From contig QMWT01000001.1 of assembly GCA_003661775.1 (NCBI GenBank), positions 1,199 through 65,198 of the forward strand: 64,000 bases of DNA, given 5' to 3'. The DNA is from Thermoprotei archaeon. Lineage in GTDB: Archaea > Thermoproteota > Thermoprotei_A > Sulfolobales > Ignisphaeraceae. A program made the position numbers and the translations under genes. Under the pieces are notes generated by a model that saw nothing but the letters and a program-made list of their open reading frames with translations, had not been told where the DNA came from and did no database searches. This document shows positions 56,355-64,000 of the stretch, in pieces (positions within the stretch are counted from its first letter, which is position 1; each line of letters begins with the position of its first letter).

Positions 56355-57773
56355 ATGAGCAGCGATATCGACAAGGATCTTGATAGGCTCATAGAAGAGA
56401 TCGTGGAGAAGAGGGAGCCCTCTCTAACCACTAGACAATTAGGAAGAAGCGTAGGGGCACCGCCCAGAAAACTACAGGACATCACACGCGTTTCCACAGG
56501 CATACCCGAGCTTGATAAGGCATTAGAGGGAGGAGTGCCCAAGGGTAGCTGGGTTGCTATAACGGGAGAACCTGGTACAGGAAAATCCATTATGTGCATG
56601 CACTTCGCATATGCGGGGCTTAAAGTTGGAGATCCAGTCATATACATCACGACCGAAGCCGAATTCCGGGATGTTGTCAGACAAGCTAAGCAGTTCGGGA
56701 TGGATTTTGAAGAGTATCCAATATACAATTTGGGCGGAAAAGAACCTGATGAAACTCCAAGGATAGTAGTCATCGATATATTCGGCTTGCTGAAAATGGC
56801 TAGACAGTTAAGTCTTGATAATTCTGAAAGTGATGTAGCAAGGAGAAGGAGATACGCTGCACTTGAGATACCAACTTTAGTAGCTGCCATTCACGAAGCA
56901 TACCAAGTATTGGGGGTAGTCGACGAAGGAAGAAAATCGCCCCGAACCCATGTAAGGCTTGTGGTAGATTCAATGAGTGCTTTTTGGGCTGACAAACCTG
57001 CTATGGCTAGGAGGTATAGCTATGAGCTCAAAATAGCAACACACCGAGAAAATGTAACCGCATACCTAGTAAGTCAATACGCAATGACCACAAAGAGCTT
57101 GGATAGCACTACACCAGTACCGATAGTGTGCAAAGAGCGGATTGTGTTCACTGAGATAGGGGAGCTCTACAATAAGCTTGGGGAGCTCATGAAACTCTGC
57201 GGGCGTAACGGCGTACTTATGACGTACTCTGTCGATATCTCTAATGGAAGAGTAGTGCTGGGAAGGATACGTGGCGTCATAAGGCATTCTGCACCTAAGA
57301 TTCTGTACCGTGTAGTCACAGTTGATGACAGAGAAGTTATAGTAACCTCTGATCACAGCATCTACTCTGTTAGGAAGGGCAGGCTCATTCCGGTGACCGC
57401 AGACACACTGAGAAGAGGTTCAAAGCTTCTAGCGTTCGACCGCGATAGCGGATCTAGCAGAGTTAAGGAGGTGGAAGTAGCTTATGTAGAGCCCGTCGAA
57501 CCTACTACAGAGTACGTCTACGATATATCTGTCGAGTTTCACGAAAACTTTCTTGCAGGCAAAGGCATGCTGCTGGCCCATAACAGCACCTTTGGGTTTG
57601 GTTTAGAACACATAGCCGATGGTGTTTTCCATTTGTGGATGGAGGACGTTGAAAAAGCTAAAGAGGTAAGAAGATACTTCATCATAAAGAAGATGCGTAT
57701 GACTAACCATACCCGGAAGGCGTTTCGTTTAGAGATCGTTGACGGTAGAGGCATTGTTCTCGAAGAGTTGTGA
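56355..57773 (+). CDS. KaiC/RadA-like ATPase interrupted by a mini-intein
   Basis: Walker A GEPGTGKS, Walker B RLVVDSMSAF, extein resumes at STFGFGLEHIADGVFHLW. Intein blocks are listed in the next feature. Confidence 0.8.
   Translation: MSSDIDKDLDRLIEEIVEKREPSLTTRQLGRSVGAPPRKLQDITRVSTGIPELDKALEGGVPKGSWVAITGEPGTGKSIMCMHFAYAGLKVGDPVIYITTEAEFRDVVRQAKQFGMDFEEYPIYNLGGKEPDETPRIVVIDIFGLLKMARQLSLDNSESDVARRRRYAALEIPTLVAAIHEAYQVLGVVDEGRKSPRTHVRLVVDSMSAFWADKPAMARRYSYELKIATHRENVTAYLVSQYAMTTKSLDSTTPVPIVCKERIVFTEIGELYNKLGELMKLCGRNGVLMTYSVDISNGRVVLGRIRGVIRHSAPKILYRVVTVDDREVIVTSDHSIYSVRKGRLIPVTADTLRRGSKLLAFDRDSGSSRVKEVEVAYVEPVEPTTEYVYDISVEFHENFLAGKGMLLAHNSTFGFGLEHIADGVFHLWMEDVEKAKEVRRYFIIKKMRMTNHTRKAFRLEIVDGRGIVLEEL
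57096..57584 (+). mobile_element. mini-intein (163 aa, no homing-endonuclease domain), residues 248-410 of the host protein
   Basis: Block A SLDSTTPV (Ser1), block B VTSDH (TxxH), block F VYDISVEFHENFLA, block G GMLLAHN, followed by Ser+1. Confidence 0.8.
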
Positions 57774-57778
57774 ACGCT

Positions 57779-58642
57779 TCAGGGTCTCGTAACGTATGTC
57801 GGCGCGTCTGAAAGATTAGTTTCTTGACACGCTTTTAGCAGAAGTTCGTGTATCTCTTTGATCCTCGAGGCCACTACCGGGATTTTGTAAACTAGCCTGG
57901 TTATAGGAACAACGCCTAGATCCCTCCCTCTAAGATCCGTCATGAGGCACCCGCATGCACGTGAGAAACTATAGGCTGCAGCTATATCTACATTCCTGAG
58001 CTTAGAACATGCATCTACAAACCCTAAAGCTCTGCCTATAGCAGCGAGGTGCGTAAGCTCCATAGCTGCACTGCCCAAGCTCCTAACTCGGGTTCTTTTG
58101 CCATAGAGCTCCCAGAATTTCTCAAGAACCCGAAGCGCCCGAGGATGTTCAAAATATCCCACAATCACTTCTTCCGGTGCCAATGGTTTAGCGCTAGAAC
58201 CGTTAACAAGACAACCTTCTTCATTGGAGTACGAGTAAGTGGTATCGGTGTGTACGGAGCGTACAACAGACGCCACTATATCTTTCATAGTGGCGTCTCG
58301 TTTGTAGTATGCTACAGCTATCGATACTGCGCACCACGGAATATCCGCGGTGAAGTTAAAGCTTCCATCTACAGGATCCACTATAGCTATGTAGTCTGGC
58401 TCGCTGCAGTAACTACGGCATCCCAATTCCTCGCTCACAACTAGTGTGCAGCCTATTCTATCTAGGATCTTTGAGAGTATGATCTTTTCAGCCTCTACGT
58501 CAAAGGCGCGTGCCTTATCTCCACCTGCATCACTCTCCATCACGATCTGTTTCTTCTCAACAAGTTCCGTCCTTAATCTACGGCTTACCTCCTCAGCTAT
58601 GTCCTCCAATATTTCTCTAAGCACTACAGGACTAAGCTTCAA
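57779..58642 (-). CDS. suhB: inositol monophosphatase / fructose-1,6-bisphosphatase family protein
   Basis: VDPVDGSFNF and WCAVSIAV motifs. Confidence 0.85.
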   Translation of the reverse strand: MKLSPVVLREILEDIAEEVSRRLRTELVEKKQIVMESDAGGDKARAFDVEAEKIILSKILDRIGCTLVVSEELGCRSYCSEPDYIAIVDPVDGSFNFTADIPWCAVSIAVAYYKRDATMKDIVASVVRSVHTDTTYSYSNEEGCLVNGSSAKPLAPEEVIVGYFEHPRALRVLEKFWELYGKRTRVRSLGSAAMELTHLAAIGRALGFVDACSKLRNVDIAAAYSFSRACGCLMTDLRGRDLGVVPITRLVYKIPVVASRIKEIHELLLKACQETNLSDAPTYVTRP

Positions 58643-58964
58643 GACTGCTACCCCTTGCGTAGTTTATCATTTTGTTAATTTTTGTTAAGGTTTTCTCGAC
58701 TAGTTCCTTCTCATCATCGGCGAAAGCATAGAGACCGTGAGGCACGTACATAAGATTCTCACAGCTCCAGTAGCTAACAGGTACATGCTCTAGCAACACG
58801 ATCTTTGTATAGAAGCCTTTGTAACTTCCTATATACGCTGCAACTACAAAAACCCTATCGTCTTTTTTGACCATGAAGATCTCGCATGCAGTTCCCTCAC
58901 TCATCTTCTTAACTTCAAAACCATACGCCTTAGCTAACTCTCCGAACTGCTTGTACAATTTCAT
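58632..58964 (-). CDS. hypothetical protein
   Basis: ORF only; 11-nt overlap with the downstream IMPase gene. Confidence 0.35.
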   Translation of the reverse strand: MKLYKQFGELAKAYGFEVKKMSEGTACEIFMVKKDDRVFVVAAYIGSYKGFYTKIVLLEHVPVSYWSCENLMYVPHGLYAFADDEKELVEKTLTKINKMINYARGSSLEA

Positions 58965-59011
58965 CCCGAAACACTCTTCTCACAAACTCTTTTATATCGG
59001 GTTCTGTCCAC

Positions 59012-60733
59012 ATGTTGAGCGGAACAATGGTGGAAGCATACGAGGTTGTAGAGAAATACTATTCAAAACTAATATCCCTGCCCAGAACACCTGTGATAAT
59101 ATGCAGTATCATAAGCGTAACGCTACTGTTCTCCTTAACCTTCCGTAGATTTGAATGGATATCGAGACCGGAAGTATTCCTAGAGACGTACTTAGCATAT
59201 CTCGCTTCGGTAATGTTACTCGTACTGGTACTGAAGGGTGTTATGAGGAACAGACACATAACGTTGAGAAGAATAGCAGGTGTGGTTTTGGTAGCATTAC
59301 TCATCTATAGCCCAGTAGAAGTTATCGGGACTTACAAAGGTGTTCCCGGTTTAGGAATGGCCTCTTCAGCTGGATTCGTACTCTTTATCTTAACAGCGCT
59401 CAAAACCTTGTACTTAGCTATCCTCGCAACAGTAGTGGGCATAGGTTCAGCCTTGATAACTCTTAGCTTACTACTCTTTGCTACGAAAATTCATTCCTTC
59501 AACTATATCTACCACATAGCAGCAGGCTTATCATCATCTGCACTATTCTCGCTTCTTGTGCTGTACATAAAGCGTGTAGGCAAGAAGTACAGGCTTGACC
59601 CGCTGAATTTTGCGCGTGGATTCATAAATGTGTGGATTGGCGGGAGTGAAGAGTATCTTGAAAGAGAGTTCGCCCGTATCTCTCGATATAAAGACCTGCA
59701 TATCGATGTAATTAAGTTCTGCAGAATTGGGAAAAGACCTATAGTGTTAGTGATACCGACGGTGCATTTCGGCCCCTTTAGAAACATAGGAAGTTCGGCT
59801 CTTCCATACTTCATAGACCGCGAAGCATCCTCTAAGGGGATGCATTCAATGGTGCTTCACAGTGCGGGTTCGCATGAACATAACATGGTACATTCAAAAG
59901 ATTCGCAAGAACTTGCTAAGTACATAATAGAGAAGGCTCTTGGCGTGGAATGCTACGAAGAATTAGCAAATCCCTTTAGAGTACACGAAGACAAGTTTCA
60001 AGCGTTTGCAATACCTACCTCGCGCAGACTAATGATATTGATAACGAATCCTGAGGAAGGTTCAGACGACCTTCCTCCAAGCCTTATCGACATAGCAAAG
60101 AGATTAGAGAATTCATCTAACTACAGCACAATCACACTAGTTGACGCTCATAACGTCAAGGGTGAGAGGCCCCGCAGAATAGAGATACTTGAGAAGTTAA
60201 TCCTAAGGTCGTTATCCACAATTACGCCCGTATGTCGCAGCTCCCGTGTGGGCTTTGCAGAAGTTGAGGTTAAGGGACATGTAGTTGGTCTATGCTACAA
60301 CAAGCTCAAGCTCCTCCTGATAGAGTGCGATGGCAGCGAGTATGCATTGGTTTATGCCTATGGCAATAACGCTGAGCCTAAGGTTAGACGAGACGTTCTT
60401 AAGGAACTTCATTACGCTGGGATTAAGGATGGAGAGTTCATAACTCCTGATGACCATACATGTGCTGCCTCAGCCATGGACAAACCTTACCATGTGATCC
60501 ACTCATCAGAGGCAATAGTATCTGCTGTACGTGAGGCACTGAAGCTCGCTAGGCGGGATCTTGCTCCTTCTAGGGTAGGGTTCCGCAGGCTGAACGTGAA
60601 ACTCGAGGTTATGGATGATAGTGTATGGAAGCTGATAGCTCTACTCGAAGCTGTCGGTTCCTCACTTATGAGATTGTTGCCACTAGTAGTAGTAACTTCA
60701 ATATTGGTACCCTGCGTACTACCTCTCCTCTGA
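59012..60733 (+). CDS. large archaeal membrane protein, DUF2070-like (tentative)
   Basis: N-terminal third with about 6 TM segments, a soluble middle, and a C-terminal TM. The family assignment is from memory. Confidence 0.45.
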   Translation: MLSGTMVEAYEVVEKYYSKLISLPRTPVIICSIISVTLLFSLTFRRFEWISRPEVFLETYLAYLASVMLLVLVLKGVMRNRHITLRRIAGVVLVALLIYSPVEVIGTYKGVPGLGMASSAGFVLFILTALKTLYLAILATVVGIGSALITLSLLLFATKIHSFNYIYHIAAGLSSSALFSLLVLYIKRVGKKYRLDPLNFARGFINVWIGGSEEYLEREFARISRYKDLHIDVIKFCRIGKRPIVLVIPTVHFGPFRNIGSSALPYFIDREASSKGMHSMVLHSAGSHEHNMVHSKDSQELAKYIIEKALGVECYEELANPFRVHEDKFQAFAIPTSRRLMILITNPEEGSDDLPPSLIDIAKRLENSSNYSTITLVDAHNVKGERPRRIEILEKLILRSLSTITPVCRSSRVGFAEVEVKGHVVGLCYNKLKLLLIECDGSEYALVYAYGNNAEPKVRRDVLKELHYAGIKDGEFITPDDHTCAASAMDKPYHVIHSSEAIVSAVREALKLARRDLAPSRVGFRRLNVKLEVMDDSVWKLIALLEAVGSSLMRLLPLVVVTSILVPCVLPLL

Positions 60734-60783
60734 GGCACAACTACAATGGATACAAAGCGTGTTCCAGACTTGCGTCTCACACC

Positions 60784-60791
60784 TTATAAGT
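60784..60791 (+). promoter_or_regulatory. TATA-like box for the cdv operon
   Basis: TTATAAGT, 30-40 nt upstream of the GTG at 60820 and the ATG at 60829. Confidence 0.4.
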
Positions 60792-60819
60792 AATGAATTA
60801 GCTTCAGTATTTCTAACGA

Positions 60820-61557
60820 GTGTTAACCATGGAGTTTACGGTAGATGTAGTTGTTAAGTACCTAGGACAGCCACTTAGAGATATCTACGGGAGAAACATA
60901 GGTGTTGTTACAAGCATATACAGCGATGTAGATGGTGTTGTGAATTCTGTTGAAGTCATGACTAACGAGCTAATACACGAAACTATCCCTGCCAAGAGGT
61001 TTGACCTGACAAGCGATGGTCTTAGACTGCTACCCGAGTGGCTTGTTGAAGCTAAAGAAATCGAGAAGAGACTAGACACCGTTAGAAAGAGGCTTGCAGC
61101 TGTTGAGGAATTATACAGAAAGGGCCAGATCCCTAGCCACGCCTATGAGGAGGTGAAAGGGAGACTATCTGAAGAGATGGACAAACTTAGAAAAAGAGCA
61201 CGCGAGGCAAAGGAAAAACTTCGTAAGAGAGCAAACGACCTTGAGAACATGATAATCCATATAGAGAAGGCTATGACTCATCTGCTAGTTAGCTACACAG
61301 CTGGAGAGATCCCTGAAACCCCCTTCAGAGCAGCGATAGATAAGCTAAGGTTTTCCAAACAGTGTGCGCAGAACGAGAAAAAAGATGTTGAGAAACACAT
61401 AGAGCTCATCGAGAAACTTGAGTTAGAGGCCGTCAAGAAGCTGGAGGTCTCAATCGAGGAGGGTGAGAAGGAGTCCGCCAAGATGCCCGCAGTTCCAGAG
61501 AAGGCTCCTTCAGGATCATCCAGCGGTCCGGTGGTAGTTAAAGTGGTGAATGCCTAG
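60820..61557 (+). CDS. cdvA: cell division protein CdvA
   Basis: N-terminal PRC-barrel-like region, a central coiled coil, and a C-terminal Ser/Gly linker plus a beta-strand tail (GPVVVKVVNA). It lies immediately upstream of cdvB and cdvC. The ATG at 60829 is an alternative start. Confidence 0.85.
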   Translation: MLTMEFTVDVVVKYLGQPLRDIYGRNIGVVTSIYSDVDGVVNSVEVMTNELIHETIPAKRFDLTSDGLRLLPEWLVEAKEIEKRLDTVRKRLAAVEELYRKGQIPSHAYEEVKGRLSEEMDKLRKRAREAKEKLRKRANDLENMIIHIEKAMTHLLVSYTAGEIPETPFRAAIDKLRFSKQCAQNEKKDVEKHIELIEKLELEAVKKLEVSIEEGEKESAKMPAVPEKAPSGSSSGPVVVKVVNA

Positions 61558-61585
61558 AGAGTAACAATTTCTAAGGTGTTCAGTT

Positions 61586-62503
61586 GTGGCAACCCCAATA
61601 CTTTTTGATGGTAATAAAGGGGGTCTACTCTCAAAGTTATTCAGTATCTTCGGAAGTAGTAAGAAGGCGGAACGCGGGCTAATAATGGTAATAGCTGCTC
61701 TCAAAGACTTCAAGGGCAAGCTTGAAGAGATGAGACGACGTCTGGAGGATAGGCATAACGAACTACTAAGTGAAGCCATAAAGGCTTGGACCCAGGGGAA
61801 TAGAGACAAAGCATCTATCTTCGCAAGCGAAGTCATAGAGGTGAGAAAGCTTATAAAGAATATCAATGTTGCCGATCTAGCCATAGAGAAAGTGATTCAG
61901 AGATTGAGGACTATAGACATCGTGCGTGATACTATGAGCTTGATGACCGTGGCAGAGATACTCAAAGGACTTAGAGCCCGTCTATCAACGGTAATGCCCG
62001 ACATGATCTCGGCGCTTGATACTGTGATAAGCAATGTCAACTCACTGGTATCTTCAACACGCGTACCTGAAACGGGTCTGAGCCCCTCTGCTGTAGTTGT
62101 TAAGAATGCAGAGGTCGAGGAGGTGTTAAAGGAGGTTGAGAAGCAAGCCGAGCAACGGACATTAAAAGGACTAGGACCTATGCCTGAGGTCATCGTGAGG
62201 CTTGCACAAAGCGAACCTCGAAAACCGTACATGGACAGTGGTAGAAGCAGGGAGGTAGAGCCCTTACGTGTAACCACCGTGCCCCCGGTACCTGCTCAAC
62301 CAGCATCGTTCCGGGCTTTCGGACATGGGTACGTATTCTCGCACAAGCAGATGATGCTGGAAGATAAGGTTTATGAATATGTAATAACGCATGGTGGTTT
62401 CATAGATGTCGCAGATTGTGCGTTGCGGTTCGGAGTAAGAAAGGAAGATGTTATTGAAGCACTTAAGTCGCTCGAACGTAAGGGTTTGATAAAACTTTCT
62501 TAA
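61586..62503 (+). CDS. cdvB: ESCRT-III homologue CdvB with a C-terminal winged helix
   Basis: Snf7-like helical core and a C-terminal wH (VYEYVITHGGFIDVADCALRFGVRKEDVIEALKSLERKGLI). GTG start. Confidence 0.85.
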   Translation: MATPILFDGNKGGLLSKLFSIFGSSKKAERGLIMVIAALKDFKGKLEEMRRRLEDRHNELLSEAIKAWTQGNRDKASIFASEVIEVRKLIKNINVADLAIEKVIQRLRTIDIVRDTMSLMTVAEILKGLRARLSTVMPDMISALDTVISNVNSLVSSTRVPETGLSPSAVVVKNAEVEEVLKEVEKQAEQRTLKGLGPMPEVIVRLAQSEPRKPYMDSGRSREVEPLRVTTVPPVPAQPASFRAFGHGYVFSHKQMMLEDKVYEYVITHGGFIDVADCALRFGVRKEDVIEALKSLERKGLIKLS

Positions 62504-62549
62504 TTCATCTCAAAAATATTTCCACATTTGTTTAGCGAGGTGGAGGTTA

Positions 62550-63680
62550 ATGTCTAGCCACAGCTATCTAGAAGCTCTTGCAAAGAGATACCTCAACGAA
62601 GCTCTTATCAATGAGAAAGCTGGCAACTACATCGACGCAGCAAAACTATACAGAAAAGCTGCTGAAGTTCTAAAACTTATTGTTGCTCATAGACCAGACG
62701 ATCCTTTATCACCTACATACCGCGAACTTGCCGAGAGCTATGAAAAGAAGGCTCGTGAACTTGAGGAAAACTCAAAGGTGAAAGTCCCTTCAAGTTCCGT
62801 TGAGGACGAGGATAGTAAATTAATTGAAGATCTCATAGTAAAGGAGAAACCTGATGTATGTTTCGAGGATATAATAGGTCTTGAGGAGGCCAAGCAGGCG
62901 ATAATGGACTCGATCGTATATCCAACCAAAAGGCCAGACCTCTTTCCGTTAGGATGGCCTCGCGGGATACTACTTTATGGGCCTCCCGGATGTGGAAAGA
63001 CTTTGCTAGGCGCTGCCGTAGCTCACGAAGTGGATGGGGTGTTTATCTATGTCAGCGCAGCTAATATAATGTCCAAGTGGTTAGGGGAGGCAGAAAAGAA
63101 GGTTTCAGCAATGTTCAGATACGCAAGAAGTATCAGCAACGAACGGAAGAGACCAGTCATAGTGTTCATAGACGAGTGTGACGACATCCTGGGAGTATAT
63201 GAGCAGGAAATAGGTGGTGAAGCTCGTGTCAGGAATCAGTTCCTAAAAGAGATGGATGGTCTGCTAGACAAAGGTAGGAGACACTTCGTTTACGTAATAG
63301 CAGCAACAAACAAACCATGGAAACTAGACATAGGTTTCCTAAGAAGGTTTCAGAGAAGAATATACGTTCCGCCTCCCAACAAAGAGGCTAGGAAAGCATT
63401 GTTTGAGCACTACACTAAAGGCTTGAAACTATCAGAGGATGTCGATTTTGGAACATTAGCAGAGAAAACCGAAGGTTACTCAGCTAGCGATATAAGAGAT
63501 GTTGTCATGGAGGCACACCTCATAACCGTTCGAGAATTGTTCCAACGGGGGGAGATTTATGGACAACCCAGACCGATAACAATGGGTGACTTTCTAGAAG
63601 TTATCAAGCGTAGGAAACCTAGTATATCTCCGCAACTCCTCAGACTCTACGAGGAGTGGCATTCAAGGTTTGGTACTTAA
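62550..63680 (+). CDS. cdvC: Vps4-like AAA+ ATPase CdvC
   Basis: N-terminal MIT-like helices, Walker A GPPGCGKT, Walker B IVFIDECD, and the second region of homology. Confidence 0.9.
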   Translation: MSSHSYLEALAKRYLNEALINEKAGNYIDAAKLYRKAAEVLKLIVAHRPDDPLSPTYRELAESYEKKARELEENSKVKVPSSSVEDEDSKLIEDLIVKEKPDVCFEDIIGLEEAKQAIMDSIVYPTKRPDLFPLGWPRGILLYGPPGCGKTLLGAAVAHEVDGVFIYVSAANIMSKWLGEAEKKVSAMFRYARSISNERKRPVIVFIDECDDILGVYEQEIGGEARVRNQFLKEMDGLLDKGRRHFVYVIAATNKPWKLDIGFLRRFQRRIYVPPPNKEARKALFEHYTKGLKLSEDVDFGTLAEKTEGYSASDIRDVVMEAHLITVRELFQRGEIYGQPRPITMGDFLEVIKRRKPSISPQLLRLYEEWHSRFGT

Positions 63681-63690
63681 TCTTTTACCA

Positions 63691-64000
63691 CTAGGTCCCA
63701 CGTTTTCCTCCTGATACTTCAACTGCTTCTAGCAAGTCAGGAACGAGTTTAAGTACATCATACTCAGAGACTATACCCAGGAGTATACCTCCTTCACCTA
63801 CAACAGGTATGTGACGATGGCCAGTACTGCTCATCAATATAACAACGTCTCTTATCGGTGTATTAGGCTCTACTATCGTAACAGGTTTAGCCATTATATC
63901 ACTGACCCTCACGCTCTGCGGATCTAATCCGCGGGCAACAACCTTATCAACAATATCACGTGCTGTTATAATACCTATTACCCTTCGTTCGTGATCCACA
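63691..64000 (-). CDS. CBS-domain protein (5' end lies outside the window)
   Basis: CBS repeats (GIITARDIV...; PVTIVEPNTPIRDVVILM...HRHIPVV). The ORF runs off the window edge. Confidence 0.7.
   Translation of the reverse strand, partial: VDHERRVIGIITARDIVDKVVARGLDPQSVRVSDIMAKPVTIVEPNTPIRDVVILMSSTGHRHIPVVGEGGILLGIVSEYDVLKLVPDLLEAVEVSGGKRGT

Noticed and set aside
56288-56890. 200-aa minus-strand ORF.
   Set aside because: It is antisense to the well-supported KaiC-like/intein gene, has a Ser/Leu-rich low-complexity composition, and carries no motif.
57129-57131. Cys259 (VCKERIVF) as the first intein residue instead of Ser248.
   Set aside because: SLDSTTPV fits the block A pattern (nucleophile-hydrophobic-x-x-x-T-x-V) better, and it leaves a cleaner extein junction (TTK|STFGFG). 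The Cys alternative is not formally excluded without alignment to intein-free orthologues.
1-64000. A by-eye search of the whole window for CRISPR arrays, transposases, integrases, toxin-antitoxin pairs and known defence-system gene sets.
   Set aside because: I saw no regularly spaced direct repeats in any gap. No transposase, integrase or reverse-transcriptase motifs appear in the translations. The nuclease and helicase genes present are individually explicable as housekeeping, and I did not recognise any named defence-system architecture among them.

Overview
This looks like a core-chromosome segment of a hyperthermophilic crenarchaeon. That placement is an inference from four things: a cdvA-cdvB-cdvC (ESCRT-III/Vps4) division operon, ribosomal protein eL38, a ThiDN fusion, and intron-containing, GC-rich tRNAs. 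Coding density is high and most genes are housekeeping.

Recognisable content:
- Translation and RNA modification: ThrRS, two NOL1/NOP2/Sun m5C methyltransferases, a PUA/Nip7-like protein, archease, DTD2, NAC, a beta-CASP RNase and an AK6/Fap7-like kinase.
- Metabolism: a methylmalonyl-CoA mutase/epimerase/MeaB cluster, MoaA, glycerate 2-kinase, PGI/PMI, IMPase, and an enolase-superfamily / TIM-barrel / 2-hydroxyacid-dehydrogenase cluster.
- DNA and nucleotide enzymes: HerA-NurA, a stand-alone Cas4-like nuclease, a DHH phosphoesterase, an HD hydrolase, a 1019-aa SF2 helicase and a DUF123-type protein.
- Four tRNA genes: Arg-CCU, Phe-GAA, Met/Ile2-CAU, and a Pro-CGG that needs two introns removed.

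I saw no CRISPR array, rRNA gene, transposase or integrase, and no convincing dedicated defence system.

The most notable signal outside the ORF track is a set of archaeal C/D box sRNAs that almost exactly fill short intergenic gaps. Four are well formed, three are weaker but listed as features, and two more are reported only as a finding. One of the well-formed sRNAs carries a guide that is perfectly antisense to the D-arm of tRNAs in this same window.

Other notable items:
- The tRNA-Pro anticodon sits on a 5-nt micro-exon.
- A 163-aa mini-intein interrupts a KaiC-like ATPase gene.
- A 44-codon classical C2H2 zinc-finger ORF is missing from the ORF track.
- An 88-nt inverted repeat bridges a stop codon and the next start codon.
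- A 79-nt, 77% G+C structured element lies in a convergent gap.
- A roughly 1.4-kb ORF-poor stretch lies 3' of tRNA-Met.

Protein calls rest on motifs I read in the translations and on my recollection of family signatures. No searches were run, and sRNA end coordinates are approximate.
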